From NCBI GenBank assembly GCA_013239625.1, contig MU054541.1:16714567-16778566 (forward strand): 64,000 bases of DNA, in the 5' to 3' direction. Every line of letters begins with the position of its first letter. The stretch's first letter is position 1. Origin of the DNA: Lama guanicoe (taxonomy: Eukaryota). The notes beneath the pieces are model-generated. The model was not told the DNA's origin and made no database searches. It saw only the letters and a program-made list of their open reading frames with translations. This document shows, piece after piece, positions 50,106 through 62,700 of the stretch. The position numbers were made by a program, and so were the translations under genes.

Positions 50106-52309
50106 CCAGCTCCTGCTGAGAAATTGATGAGCACTTAGCCCAGTCAGGTTCCTGTGTGGGGATGGTCATCTGGGGCCAGGCAGGAGGGGAAAGAGCTGTC
50201 CAGTTCACCGCTTCTCTCAGTGGTGGTGGTGTTGGCGGTGCCACCCTGCACGCCCGCATCAGGCCGTGCACGTCAATACGGTGGTTCCTTTGTGCTCACG
50301 GAAGCCTGAGGGGCGCGGCACGGGGTCCCCTGGCGGCGCGTTTACATCACACGCTTGCCCTGTGGGCGCTTGGCTCTGTGACCCCGACATGGACTCGTAT
50401 GACCGTTGTCATGGGAGAGCGCTGTCAGCGTCGTGATTGGCCCTGTTTGTGAGAAGGGCCCTGGAGGAGAGCCTCGTTACTGTACTGGTGTTGAGCCACG
50501 TCCTGGGCTTTTCACATTTTAGCGAAACGTGGGCTGTGCGTCGCGGTTTCCAGGCAGAACGTGTTGGCCTGGGGACGCCCGCATCTGGCGAAGCCCTTCC
50601 AGCCGTCTGACTGTGTGTGCTCAGCGTGCTTGGTGCGCGCTGCCTTGTTTGGAGAAGTGCGCGTATTGGTAAGTGTGCTGCTTCTAAAAACAATCCATTG
50701 CTTTCCCCATCAGAAAGCGGCAGCTCCAAAGGAGCTGCTACAGCAAGTCTGAAGCGTTCTCTGCTCGCATCTCGCTGATCCCTGGAGGGGCTGGAGCCTT
50801 TGAGACACACTGTGGTCGAGTCTGTTGTGCCAACTCCGCTTGCTGCAAATCCCTGGGGAAATTTCAGATAAGAAAGCATTTTGTGTGGTCCATGCAAAAA
50901 CACATCGGGGCGACACTGAAAGTTGTGGCTCCCTCCTTAACCTCTCCCTACAAATTCTCAGGTGCTGAGAGAAAGACAGCCCAGGGTCCTTCTTTACAGG
51001 CAGCAGAGGAAGTTTGCCTTGGTCCACTGCTTCTTGGCTTTCCCGCTTCACAAATTTGACGCAGGTTTTCTTGTCTCCCATCCCTAGAGGTACTTCAAGG
51101 AAGTGTGGGTAGAAATTTAATCTTGTTCACTCTTTACTTTGAAATCAGCTTTAAAAGAGTCCAGAGCAAGGGCTCAGGCTCTGGCGGGACCGGCGGTCGC
51201 CGGCCGTGGGGGAGCGCCGGCGGCCGTGCAGGGTGGGCTGACAGGCGGGGGCGTCCCTGGCAGGCACCCATTTTCCTCGCCTTCAACCCGGCCACCTGTC
51301 TGGATTGTCTGTAAGCAGCTCACTCTCCCCTGGGAAGAAGCACAGCTCAACAGGTAGATAGCATGCGTGTCTGTCCCACGGTCATGACTTGATCAGGACT
51401 AGTTCAAAATCCTGAGGGACCCAGAGAAAGGAAAATCATCTCTCTTGCCGCCTCTTCCACACCCAGTGTGTGATTCAGAGTGACACAGAATTTAAATTCA
51501 TGCTTAAATTAACATAGCTTCTTTGAAATATTTCCTTGAAATAGTTCGATGTCAAAATTCTAGATAACTTTGTTACAGGCAAACTGTTTCTCTTTTGGGG
51601 TGACCCGTGGCACCTCAAACACATGCTTCTTCAGCCTGTGATGTGGTCCAGGAGGAGGTCAGCCCCCGAGCCCGTCGGAACGCAGTGCGAGAGTATTCCC
51701 TGTGGAACGAGCATGTGTGTCCCGGACGTGTGAAACGTGCCGCTCACGTCGTGGGGAGACGGCGGGCTGGACGAGAGGCGCAGTTTGTGGTCTGGGCTGC
51801 CTTCCACGTGCCCATGCCTTGGACAAAGTGTAATGAGGTTTTGCTAGGTAGCTAATTTATCTGCTTTTGCATACCTCTTAGCTGAGGCTCTAAGAAATAG
51901 CAAAATGCCCCAAGGACTCTCGGCCGATGGTGAGGAGGAAGATGCGGGGTCAGGGGCAGGGCATGTTGACAATTGGACAGTCATCAGCCGAGTCATTAAA
52001 TAAGGGTTGTAATTTATTTTACTGTAGTTGAAAAATATCTGATGAGGGTGTGTGTGAGACAGAAAGGGTGGGGAGGACACAGGGAGAGGGCGATGGGAGG
52101 CTGAAAGTGGTGGCGGGAATCGAGTTCAAGTTAATGCTTGCCAGGACGTTGACTGGGCTCGTTTTTCTGTCTTGAAGGAGCTCAGACTTTAACACAAGGC
52201 TTTGCATTTCTTAAACACACACAATATATGTTTTTTACTTTATGGTGAAGCTCTTAGGAAATCTCCACCTCCTCATTCCCTCTGGTTAGAAAAAAACTCC
52301 ACGGCCAAG

Positions 52310-52640
52310 CCATCTATCTTGTGTAATTATCCTCATAAACCTCCGAAGTACGCTCCTCTCCCGACGCGGCGCTGGCGTGGGTCCGGGCACAGTCCCCAGC
52401 GCGGTAATCACAGGTCCTAAGAGGAGTGCCGCCGTCAGGATTTACCGCCTCTGCTGCGGACGCATAAATCATCCCGCGGAGCGGTGAGTGGACGGCCGCG
52501 CGGCGCTTTGTTTGCGTTGGGCGTTCTCTGCAGCTTCTCCGCGTGAGGGCTAGGGCATCCGAGGCCCTTTGTAGAGGGTGCTTATCGTTAATAGAAAGCA
52601 GCATGTGTGCGTCCTGCAGGCCCGCTTCCTTATTTAAAGT
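52310..52640. promoter_or_regulatory. Candidate developmental enhancer
   Basis: CpG-rich core with PBX-HOX cataaatca (~52463-52471), ctcataaa, taatc/taatt homeodomain cores and FOX-like tgtttgc. Confidence 0.3.
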
Positions 52641-53324
52641 GGGCATCCTTCCTCCCCTGCGATGTGTTTCCTCTCTGGTTGCAGGACCGAGGGCCAGGCC
52701 TTTGTAAGCCCTTAAAGGCACATCCCTTCCAGATGACCTTTTGTCCTGAGCGGCTGAGATGTATTGTTCAGTCTGCTCAGAATTACACGGGGTGTCCTAG
52801 GAATTTTTGCTTTGGTTAATTAAATTTGGAAACGTGTCATTTTTTCCTATTATAAAGCATAAATGAAAGTGCAGTCAAATTGATTTTGGAGCTCTGGTAG
52901 ATGAGATAATTGCAAGCGGGTAAATGATTTAGGATTTGAAAATACGTGTGCCTTTTCTCTGCTGAGAGAAACTTGAAACATACTTAACTCCACTTAAATT
53001 ATCTCCTCGTCTGGGCCCCTTTCCACTCATAAAGGTGTTACGTCCATGTTATGCTGAGCAAACTCATCCTGACCAGTGGTACCAAACAGAGGGAGACTCC
53101 GCTTGAATAAAGCATTCTTTTTACACTTAAAGATGACACAGGACCCACAGCCGAGCTTACGAAAAGCCACAAGATGCTGTGTGTGTAAGACCTCGTCAGG
53201 CCCTCATATAGTCGATATCGCTAAGGTTCCTCTTTTGCCACGAAGTTTTTGTTTCTCTGTAACTATTCAAAGTTTTTTTTAAAACCTTTGTTCAAAGAAC
53301 TGTAGACACTGAAATTCTTTTTAG

Positions 53325-53358
53325 TCGGAGAGCAAGAAGAAAGGTCTGTGCAGGGATG
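53325..53358 (+). other. Candidate 34-nt exon ending in ATG
   Basis: cactgaaattctttttag|TCGGAGAGCAAGAAGAAAGGTCTGTGCAGGGATG|gtaagt, with GAAGAA enhancer motifs. Confidence 0.35.
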
Positions 53359-53559
53359 GTAAGTTGATTAGTTCTAGAACTATAGAAAGCCGGTTCGATT
53401 ATGCAGATAATTTCCTGAAGTTTTTAGTTTTCGTTTATCATATATTTTTAATAAAAGAATTTGGCGTCAACTTTATGAAACCTAAATTTATGACTTCTTC
53501 TTAAGTCTGTATCGTGACACGCCACTCCGCCTTCCCTTCCAGTAACTGCAACGTGCTCT

Positions 53560-53900
53560 GTGGTCCTCTGGTTACCTGCGACCTGCTTCTGGAAGCGTCT
53601 TCTCTCTTATTTGCTATTCACACATCAGTAAATTCTGCTGTTTCAGCTGACTCGCCAAATCTGCTGTCCCTGCTCATTCCTGTTCTCAGTCCAGACTCAA
53701 GCACTCTCCCCCTCTCTTATTTTCCTTGTAAGAACCCCCGCTATATTTCTGCATATCTTAATATACCCACATAAAAACCGTCTTTCTCTGCCTCCCACTT
53801 GAAGAAGAATCACCCAGGCCCCCTTCTGAACACACCAGAAATCAAGGCAAGAGGAAGAGAGCCGCCCTGGGTGTCAGAGCCCTGCCGGTTCCGCTCCCTG
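53560..53900 (+). mobile_element. L2 fragment
   Basis: cacatcagtaaattctgctgtttcagc...ctcagtccagactcaagcactctccc resembles the L2 body. Confidence 0.4.
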
Positions 53901-55969
53901 TCGGACGCCTTGGTTTCCTCCCACACCTTTGCCGGTTGTCCCCGCAGCCCAGCGGACCCCGTGACCTCCTGGCTGGTGTGTCTCCCCTGCCCCAGCCGTG
54001 CCCGGCCCCCGCCCTGGCCCGGGGCCACGTCAGAACACCCAGCTCAAAAGGACGGACAGGGATGGCGTCTTCCCGGACCCTCTGTCGCTAAAAGCTCCTG
54101 TTTCACACCATCCCTCTCTGGTCTCGGCTCTTTGTCTGCTGTGCTGCTGTTGCTTGTATGTGTGTTAATACATACCTCATAGTTTCTGGCTTTTATTTTA
54201 ATTTTATTTTAATTTTTAAATTTAAAAAAAATTTAAAAAATTTTTTTAATTTTTATTCTCTTTTTTCCTTGGACTTTATTCTTGTCGTATTTCTTATAGG
54301 ATCCATATCCTTCTTTGGAAAAAACTTTTGACTCATTTCCTGTTTCTTGGTAACATCTCAGAAGTAGTGCAAAGGTCTTCCATAGGCAAGATTCAGTAAG
54401 CCAGTAAGGATGTGACATTCATTTTATAAAGTTGCTAGTGTAGACCTGGTTTCTGTTTACGAAGATCCCACTTTCTTTGGTGGCCAGGCCGTCCACCCCT
54501 CAGCCACCCACACAGGGCTCCGTGGAGTTCACACCGCGGTGTCTCAAGGGTGTCGTCAAAACCCGTCCTTGTGAAGGATTCCTGGCAAACGTTGCGAGGC
54601 TGTGAGCAGTTTAGGAAGTGTTACTGCTGAGACGGAACGTTCTGCCGGGAGCTTGTGCAGGTCACACACACACACACACTGACGCTCACGGCCAGGCTGC
54701 ACCTGTAGCCAGTGAAGTCGAAAATAAAAACGTCAGCTCCACGTGGTTTTCATGGTGGTTTCAAACAGCGGATTCTCGTTTGCCAAGAAACATGGTTGTG
54801 CATTAACAGTAAACCTTCTCTTTATGTTTCGTGTGTAAATTGCAGGGGTCGTTTCCTGTGACCCCGTATTTGAAAAGTCCTTTCTGTCCTCATTCTCCAC
54901 TTCGCCAGACCCGCCGCTCGGCCGTGAGGCCGTTTGTTTGCATCAGGGCGGAGGGCGATGCGGGCGGCGGGGGCCGAGGAGCCTCTGGCTCTGAACTGAG
55001 AGAAGGTGGGCGGGTTCCCCACCCGAGGTGAAGGGAGCCACGCGGCCAGAAAGCCTGGGGCCTGCGGCGCGGGACCCGGGCGGGCCCTTCAGCCCCGATG
55101 CCCGTGGAGCGCTGTTGTATTTGGCAGCCGATGGTGCTGACTGAGCCGAAGTGGTAGTTCAGAGGGTTAAACCTTTTACATTAAAAGTATTACAGTAAAG
55201 CCTGAGCATTTGAGCAAAATGTGCTAAGCAATCTTAAATGTCATTGTAAGGGTGATTTTTTTCATGTTAAAAACCTTTAGAGGCCATGGAGCCGTTCAAA
55301 AAACTTTTTTTTTCTTTAAGAAAAGATGGCGTCTTAGAGTAAGGGAGACGTGATAAGTTAACGTGTGACTGGTGAAGTCACCCTCTTCACAGAGCTGATT
55401 ATTCAGCCAAACAAGCATTATTTCTCCGTAGGTTGGTTAGGGTTAAGAAAGAACTTGCCCCGCCCCCCGTTCTATTTTTTTCATTTTTCATATTCCAGAT
55501 ACTGACTTCAGCTCGAAACACGTGTCCATGTGGCCAGAGAACATCCTCACTTGGCCCCGGCTACCCGGCGTGCTTCTTCACTCATTCTGCGTGGCTGTTC
55601 ACCCGTTTGTTCATTTGTAAATCCAAAGGTGAAGGGACAAGGTAGAAAGAACTTTCTTTTAAGCTAGCACAGTTGTTATTCATGAAATATGTGAGTTTGA
55701 ATTTACTTGGCTGATAACAGCATATATAAAGTTAATAAATGCTTGATTTGACATTTTTTCAAGTTCAAAAAGAAAGAAATCCTCATTTGTGTGTGTGCAC
55801 ATGCACACATTAAGAGCTCTAAATATTTATTTTAACAGTCTCGAAGCTCGTTAAATGGCCATTTTATCCTGGCCATTTAATAGGCACTCATTAAATATTC
55901 ATCGAACACACACACACACACCCCCCATCAGATTTAGAAAGCCAGTAGTTTAAGTTTTGGATTCTTCCA

Positions 55970-57350
55970 GTGTCTTTTTATGTCAGACCTTCGTTTACAG
56001 GTTTAGCAATATGTGGATACAAGTGGAAATAGATTTCCTTCAAAAGCAAAACAAAATCAATTTTAATATCGTCTGCTGTTTTGGGCACTTTGTTCTGTTT
56101 CTTCTTCCATTTAATGTTAAGCTCCTTTAGTCCTTTTTCCCCCCGAATGATTGTGGTAAAGGTGATGATGACATTCCCGCAGGGTCTCAACATTGCTCAC
56201 GGTCACTGTGGGTTCATCTTCTTCCTTGTTTGTGATTGCTGTGTCTTTTTGGTGGATGGCTTGAACGGTATGTAGTATGCCTCATTGTTCTTGTTGATAC
56301 TAGGATTTAAAGCAGGAAGAGGACTAGTATTTCCGAACCAGCTTTCTTTTTGTAAGTAGTTGCCTGGGATTTCTCTTTCTGTTATTTTTTTCCCAGCCAT
56401 TCAGTGTCCTTTTGCTTTAGTGTATAGTTATAGAGAAAAGAATTAGGCATGTCTTTCTTGTGAGTTCAGGTTTCATTGTCTATCGCGTTCGCGGAGAACT
56501 TGATGTGTTTGCGTTGACTGTTACAGCTGCCGTGCAGGTGCTTGCTTGTGTCTCAGTGTGTGTTTCCTTCTTCGTGGCGTATCTTGTGCGTCTTTTTTCC
56601 TTCAGTTACTCTGAGTCTTCGATTTCTTTTTCCTCAGCTGCTGGTTCAGAAGTTGCACTGTTTCCGTTCATGTTCTTTTTGCCGTGATGCTTAGTTTCAA
56701 CACCCGTACTTGGTAGAGTCTAAGCTGACTCACGGTGCTCCCCGCCCCGCAGACGCTAAGCGGGCCAGCGGCCTCCACCCCCCAGCGCACTGCTGTCCTG
56801 TGTTCTCCCTCTACCCTGTGCGTATCTCTGAAATTCATCATGATTATTGCTCTGTTTTTAAACATAGCTCAGAACTTTTTTGGGTTTAGCCATATGCTTA
56901 CCAGCTAATTTACTCGGCCTTCCTTCTTTCCTCCTGTTCCTGCTTGTTTGTGGTCCTTGAGTAGTGGTTTCAGTGAAGGTATGAGCTATAAACCCTCTGC
57001 CTGTGTCTGAGAATACGTTAGTTTTGCCGCACACGGGGGTGGTAGTCTGGCTGGTGTTTGGATGTTCTGTCTACTCCTCAGTCCATCCATTGATGACTTT
57101 GTTACTGGTTTACACACTGTATGGAACTTCTACTTGGTGCCTTTTTCCATTCTCCCCTCCTTGCTTTGTGGTTGCTTCTTTTACCTCTTTGACGACTTCA
57201 AACACGCCTGCTTCAGAGAGCCTGTCACACTCTCACCTCCCAGTCCTGGAGCGAAGGTTCTCCTGGGAGCTGACTCTGCTTTCTGCGCAGGGTGGGGGGC
57301 CCGGGCTGTGGCAGGCTCCCTGCAGGGGCTTTGCCTCGGTGCAGGCAGCA
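55970..57350 (-). mobile_element. Highly decayed L1M
   Basis: T-rich antisense L1-like sequence, e.g. gtgtctgagaatacgttagttttgcc...tagtctggctggt; ttgatgtgtttgcgttgactgttacagctg. Confidence 0.6.
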
Positions 57351-57739
57351 CCCAACACATCCCCCCAGGTCCAGCCAAGTTTTTATGTTGTGAATTCTGA
57401 GAATTGTAGCACAGAACAGTTTGTTCATTCAACAAATAGTATGAGGAAGCGACAGATGTCCTGTCCTTTTGTAGCTTGTAACCACCCTAATTAATTACAC
57501 GACACACTTCAAAGAGTTTCAAGTAGGTGTAAATATGACAGGAGCAGCTTTATTCTAACGTCTACACAAAGATGAGTTTAACTTGACAGCGGAAACACAT
57601 ACTCAGGTAGCTGCCACTATTTTCAATGTCAGTGAAATTTGATGTGAGTTTGAGGACGGTTTTCAATATAACGTAAAATGAAATTCCAGTCAGCTGTTTG
57701 AAAAATGCCTTGAAACGCCTCTGGGAACGCAGTTTGACA

Positions 57740-57895
57740 GTCGTTCACCTAATTCTAGGCCCTGCGTCAGGACTGCCTGACCCGGTCTGCCGGGTAGGCC
57801 CAGGATCTGCGTCCAGAAGGAGATGAACTGTAGACGGCAATTATAAATGCTTTCCAAAAATTCCTAATTATGTGTTAAGAACACACGGCTCTTGA
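57740..57895. mobile_element. MER5-like hAT remnant
   Basis: attctaggccctgcgtcaggactgcctga...gggtaggcccaggatctgc...gttaagaacacacg. Confidence 0.45.
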
Positions 57896-58364
57896 AGGCA
57901 AGTGGTTTTGTTTTCCTCAGAAAGAAAGCTGATTTGAGTTTCAGGGGCTTTTCTTGGTGTTCCGAAGTCCCGAAATGGCCTGCCTGCAGCACTCTAATCG
58001 GGTTCCAGATGACGTACATAGAAAGCAGAGCCTTATCTTTCTTAGGAATGCTGTCCTCGTGTATATTCGAATACACAGCGAAAATCAAAAATGCAGATTT
58101 GGGTCTGGAGTGTCTGTGCCCAGCACCGTGGTCTGTGCGTGGTAACAAACGCTGTGTTTCCCAGACGCTCGGTTTTCTGCCGGGTTAAACGTGGTGGTGG
58201 TTTTCGTTTGTAATCTGCATAACTGCTCGCACGTTTAGCAAGTGATCTCACTTGCAACTTTTTCCCCTCCTTTTAAAATTTAAATTTTAAAAATGGTTGA
58301 CTCGCTGTGATGTTTTGAATAACGTGTAGCGTTACTGGACTGCTTTTTTCAGTTTTCATAAAGT

Positions 58365-58520
58365 TTTTATTTACTTACTTTTAGTTCTTACTTTTTTATT
58401 GAAGTCTAGTCCATGTACAGTGTTAGGTTCAGGTGTTCAGCAAGGCGATTCAGGCGTACACGACATGCATGTGTAAGTATGTAGACAGATAGATGGATAT
58501 TTCCTTTTTACCTTCTGAAT
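58365..58520 (-). mobile_element. L1 3' end
   Basis: tttttattgaagtctagtccatgtacagtgttaggttcaggtgttcagcaaggcgattcag. Confidence 0.8.
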
Positions 58521-59262
58521 CCCACAGAGGTAGAGGATACCAGAAAAGTGCTCCAGCACCGTCCCTCAGCTTCGGGAACGCCAGTCGCTGCCAGTCAGGG
58601 GCCAGGAGCCGCCCCTCGGTGCTCGTGTCGTGTGCAATGCTCGCACGTGGTGCCTTGAAGGTGGCCTGCACCCTCTGCACATGTGTTTGCTCTGCTTTTC
58701 TTCAGCCCCCTCCCCCATGAAGTTAAAACTTGTGCCCCGACTCTGGTTTCTCTAGACTCTGCTCCCCGTCCTTTGGGCGCCACATCCCCCTGGTGTTGGT
58801 GTAACTGACACACGTCGCCTGTGCAGCTCCACCCCATCGTCTCGCGAGGTGCAGGGCCTGTCAGGCCGTAAGACAGATGCAAAACTCAGGTTTCTGTGAA
58901 AAGCGTTCCCTTGACCTCAGGCCCAGCTTTCCTCGTCCTTCGGTGTAAGTGGGGTGACCCCAGGGCCACTTGAGGTTTGCTGGCATCGAGAGAGACAGTG
59001 GCCAGGTGTGATGAGGCTTCGCCGTCTCACCAGCTTTACATCGCGGTCACGCAGCCGAGGAGGCCTGGCTCCTGCCGGGGCCACTGGGCGCTGTGGGTTG
59101 GTCGCCTCTCCTCCCAGCCTGGCTGGGCTGGACGGGCCGCCATGTGTCGGGAGCCGCCTCCGCAGATGGGCGGGGCGGGACCCCACTTGGAACCGGTCAC
59201 CGGGGGCTGTGACTGCTGTGCTCTGCCACTGGGCCACCTTACGTCCAGGGCTAGAGCTTGAG

Positions 59263-59275
59263 AGGTCAAAGGTCA
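59263..59275 (+). promoter_or_regulatory. Perfect DR1 nuclear-receptor element
   Basis: AGGTCA-A-AGGTCA, the consensus for RXR/PPAR, COUP-TF and TR2/4; HNF4-like. Confidence 0.45.
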
Positions 59276-60144
59276 AAAGGTGTGGAGGCTGAGTCATGAA
59301 TGTTTTGCACATTGTATTAATTTTTAGCTCTTTTTCTCTTTTTGTGTCTTCATTTCTGTATTTACAGTTTCTGGAGACTGGACCCTTGAGCGTCTGCGCT
59401 CAGACTTTGGGTGCTCATTTTCCCTCTCGGCTGCTAGGAAAAGGCACCGCGGTCTCCCCGTCTGCGGAGGGCGTATTTTCGTGGTCCTGAGGCCTAGACA
59501 GGCAGCATCGCGGCTGTCGTCACTGCTGTTACTTCAGACATTAGGTCGTTTATCCTTTCTTTTGTGCTGTATTCCTAAATTTTAGGTTTAGTAGATGAAG
59601 AGGATCAGCATTTGGCTCCTGGAGTGTCTGGTTATAAATAGACCGGAAAGTCTCAGCACGGGGGCTGCCGCCTCCCTCGGCCCCTCACAAATACTTGAAA
59701 GCAAATGATTCATCAAGTAGAATCACTAAGCGCAGAAAGCTGCCAATCTGTAGAGTTTGACCCCTCCTAATCAGAGCGAGGCAGCAGGACGTTGAGTTCC
59801 TGCCCTGCACCTGATTGAAGCCAAACGCACAGGGGACAGCTGGCCAAGGAGGAAGCGCGGGGCCGCCCCAGCGGGGGTGCGAGAGCGGCAGACGTGTGGA
59901 GGAGAGTGACTTTAGAAAGCCTGCTACGTTTGTTTTATTTTTCCAGATACGCCTAGTAGATAAGCACAGTTTCAAGCTTCAAGCTTTTCAGTAGCATTCC
60001 AGGTACGATTTAAGGAAAACAAACCCATGTGCGATTTAAGCAGCATGTCTTCCTGTGCAGGTGGGTGTGTTATTTTCAGATAATTCTGTTATCATCTGAT
60101 TTTGCAAGTTTTCCCTGTAGACATTTATCGTAGCTATTGAAACA

Positions 60145-60390
60145 TCACTTTATATATGTATAAAAATAATGACATATAAATATATGTAATAACAAATAAA
60201 TACAATCACACATATAAATAAATATATTTATAGGAATAAATATGATAGGTATTTATAAATAGAATGTAATATATTTATATAAAATGTGCTTCTATGTATA
60301 AACACTTAATATATGTTTATATATAAAACGCTTAATAAAACTGAAATTCAATGGGGGAAGACATTTATATATATTTAAAAAAATTAAAAT
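60145..60390. repeat. AT-rich low-complexity tract
   Basis: Degenerate (TA)/(TAAA) runs, with sparse G/C. Confidence 0.8.
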
Positions 60391-60429
60391 CTTTATTGTT
60401 TTGGTTTCTGAATCTTGCTGCTTAGTGCT

Positions 60430-62700
60430 CTGTGTTTCATCTCTGGTGCTGTTACACCCCAGCAGTGAACGGTTCCAGTTGCTCCCCATCTTCACCGGCA
60501 TCTGGTGGTGGCAGGGTCCCAGTTCTGGTCATCCTGACAGGCCTGTAGTGGCGTCTCGCTGTTCTGATGTGCGTTTCCTCAGTCACGCAGGACGTGGCGC
60601 GTCTTTCCGTGTGCCTGTTTGCCGTCTGTGTGTCTGTTGGTGAGGTGTGAGCCGTGTAGTTGAATCGTTTGCTTTTCATTTGTCACGTGTTCTTGGCCGT
60701 ATCTTTTTTTGCCTTATTTGGGTTGAACTGGGTATTTTAAAACATTTCAACAGTCTCCATCGCATTTGTCTGCACATCTTTGTTTAAATGTTCGACGAGC
60801 GCGCTCATGCTTTGGGAGCGCGTGCGTGTGTCTTGCCAGTCTCTGCTCGGTCCTGCGGGCGGCGCCGCACCCTGCCCGTGTCTGTCGGGGGCGACGACAG
60901 TAAGCCGCCTTTACTCATTGTGGTCTTGGGGCCATTATTTTCATAGGTTGCCCTTTTGCATATCTTTGTAACCTGACAGTTTATTGTTATTTTTGGTTCG
61001 AACGACTTTAAAGAAATGTTCAAATGAGTCAAGGAGTCATACTCACTTCTGACACTCTTCATTCTCTGTACAGATGCGGGTTTCCACTTGATACAGTTTT
61101 GGTTCAACCTGGAGCACTGCTGGTTCCATTTTATGGAGCACCTGTCTTCTCTCAGGAAATCTTCTCAGCTATTGTTTGTCTGAAACGCACACTTTATTTC
61201 ACCTTCTTTTTTAAGGTTTTCTCGACTGGACGTAGAATACTAGCAACTTCCAGCCGTTTTAAGATCTTCCTCCCTTTGTGTTCTGTTTTACATCGTCTGG
61301 CAAGTAACCCCAGTCACTTTTGTCTTTGTTTCCTGGTAGAGCTTTTCGCCTCTGCTTTTAGCAGTTTCCCTGTGTCCTGGTTTACAGTAGTTTTATTGTC
61401 ATAACCTACACTATGTGGTTTTCTAGGTGTTTATCCTTCTTGGGAGTCATTAGGTTTCTTGGATCTGAAGGATTCAAATTATGGTTCTTCATTAAACTAT
61501 GATTTTCGGCTGTTATATCTAGAAACACTGGCTTGTATTTGAGTACATGTGTATTTGACCACTTAATATTTTCCCATTTACCCTTGAGGCTGTGTTCAGA
61601 GTAAATCTAAGTGGTGTCTTTTGATGAGCAGCATAACATGGATGTTCTGATTCTCGGTGGGATTTTGCAGCTGTCTTCGCTTTCCATTGCTAATTGGGAT
61701 TAGTAACTTTGATCATATTTTAATATTTTTCCTCCCTTTCAATTTGTACTGTCTTTTCTTTACCAGTTTTCGTCTCTTTCTTCTCTGATTTTTTTGGTAC
61801 AGATTAAATTTTCTCTCTGATTTAGCCGCCTCTTAGACCCGCCTTGCCTCACCTTGACCTGTGTCTGCTGCTTTGAACGCGTCATTGTCTTTTGAATTAA
61901 ATCCAAGGCTGTCAGGCTTAACGTATGGTTCTTTTTAAATCCCTTTAGATTTTATATATACTTGTCTCTTCCCCCTCTTTTCCCAGCTTTCTTCTCTTCA
62001 CTGCTTCCTTTCTTTCCTTGGGATCCCGTTGCACGGTTCAGATGTGGCATTTCAATTAGAAGAAGAGAGGCTGTGGGTAGTTTTTCTTCGGCCTTTCAAG
62101 CCCCATTTGGGGGCCCGTTTCCTTCATTGATTGTTCTTTGTTCAAAGGGACAAACATTAGAAATCCTCTTGGAATATTAGAGCCCAGAATTCCCCCGAGC
62201 CCTCCGTGGTCGTGAGTGATGTGACATGTGACAGACAGAAGAGTAAGTTTCGTCATGCTGCCATTTCAAGGGAGAAAGCCTCCTGTTCTCTGTGACAGAC
62301 GTCCCTCTTTCTGGGTTGATGTCTGTATGGTGCCATTTATTTGGATGTGGGCCAGTAATGACTGATTTCAAATGCCCTGCTCTTGATTTTCTTCTGCTGA
62401 TTGTGTATTTATACGTATTTATCTTCACCTCATCTCTTAATACGGTGAGTACGCATCTAATACGTTTCTTAAAATCATTCAGGACATTTTGAAAACCTCC
62501 CTGAGCTCACACAGTCTTTTCTCCTGTGTCTTACTTACCCTTGGAGTCTGCTGGTCACCTTCTTGTGTTAGATTGTGGTGTTCTGTGTTTGCAGACATCC
62601 CTGAGCTGTCTAGAGCTGCAGGTTCTGCAGCAGAGATGGGTTTGAAGTCACTGTACACAACAGAATGAAGCAGGTTTTAAAAAACGAAATTCTGTAAAAA
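60430..62700 (-). mobile_element. Composite of old antisense L1 fragments (ORF2 3' part and ORF1-region pieces)
   Basis: ttacaccccagcagtgaacggttccagttgctccccatcttcacc (60450-60500) and tttatttcaccttctttttaagg...ctggacgtagaatactag (61190-61245), plus tttatccttcttgggagtcattaggtttcttggatctg. Confidence 0.7.
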
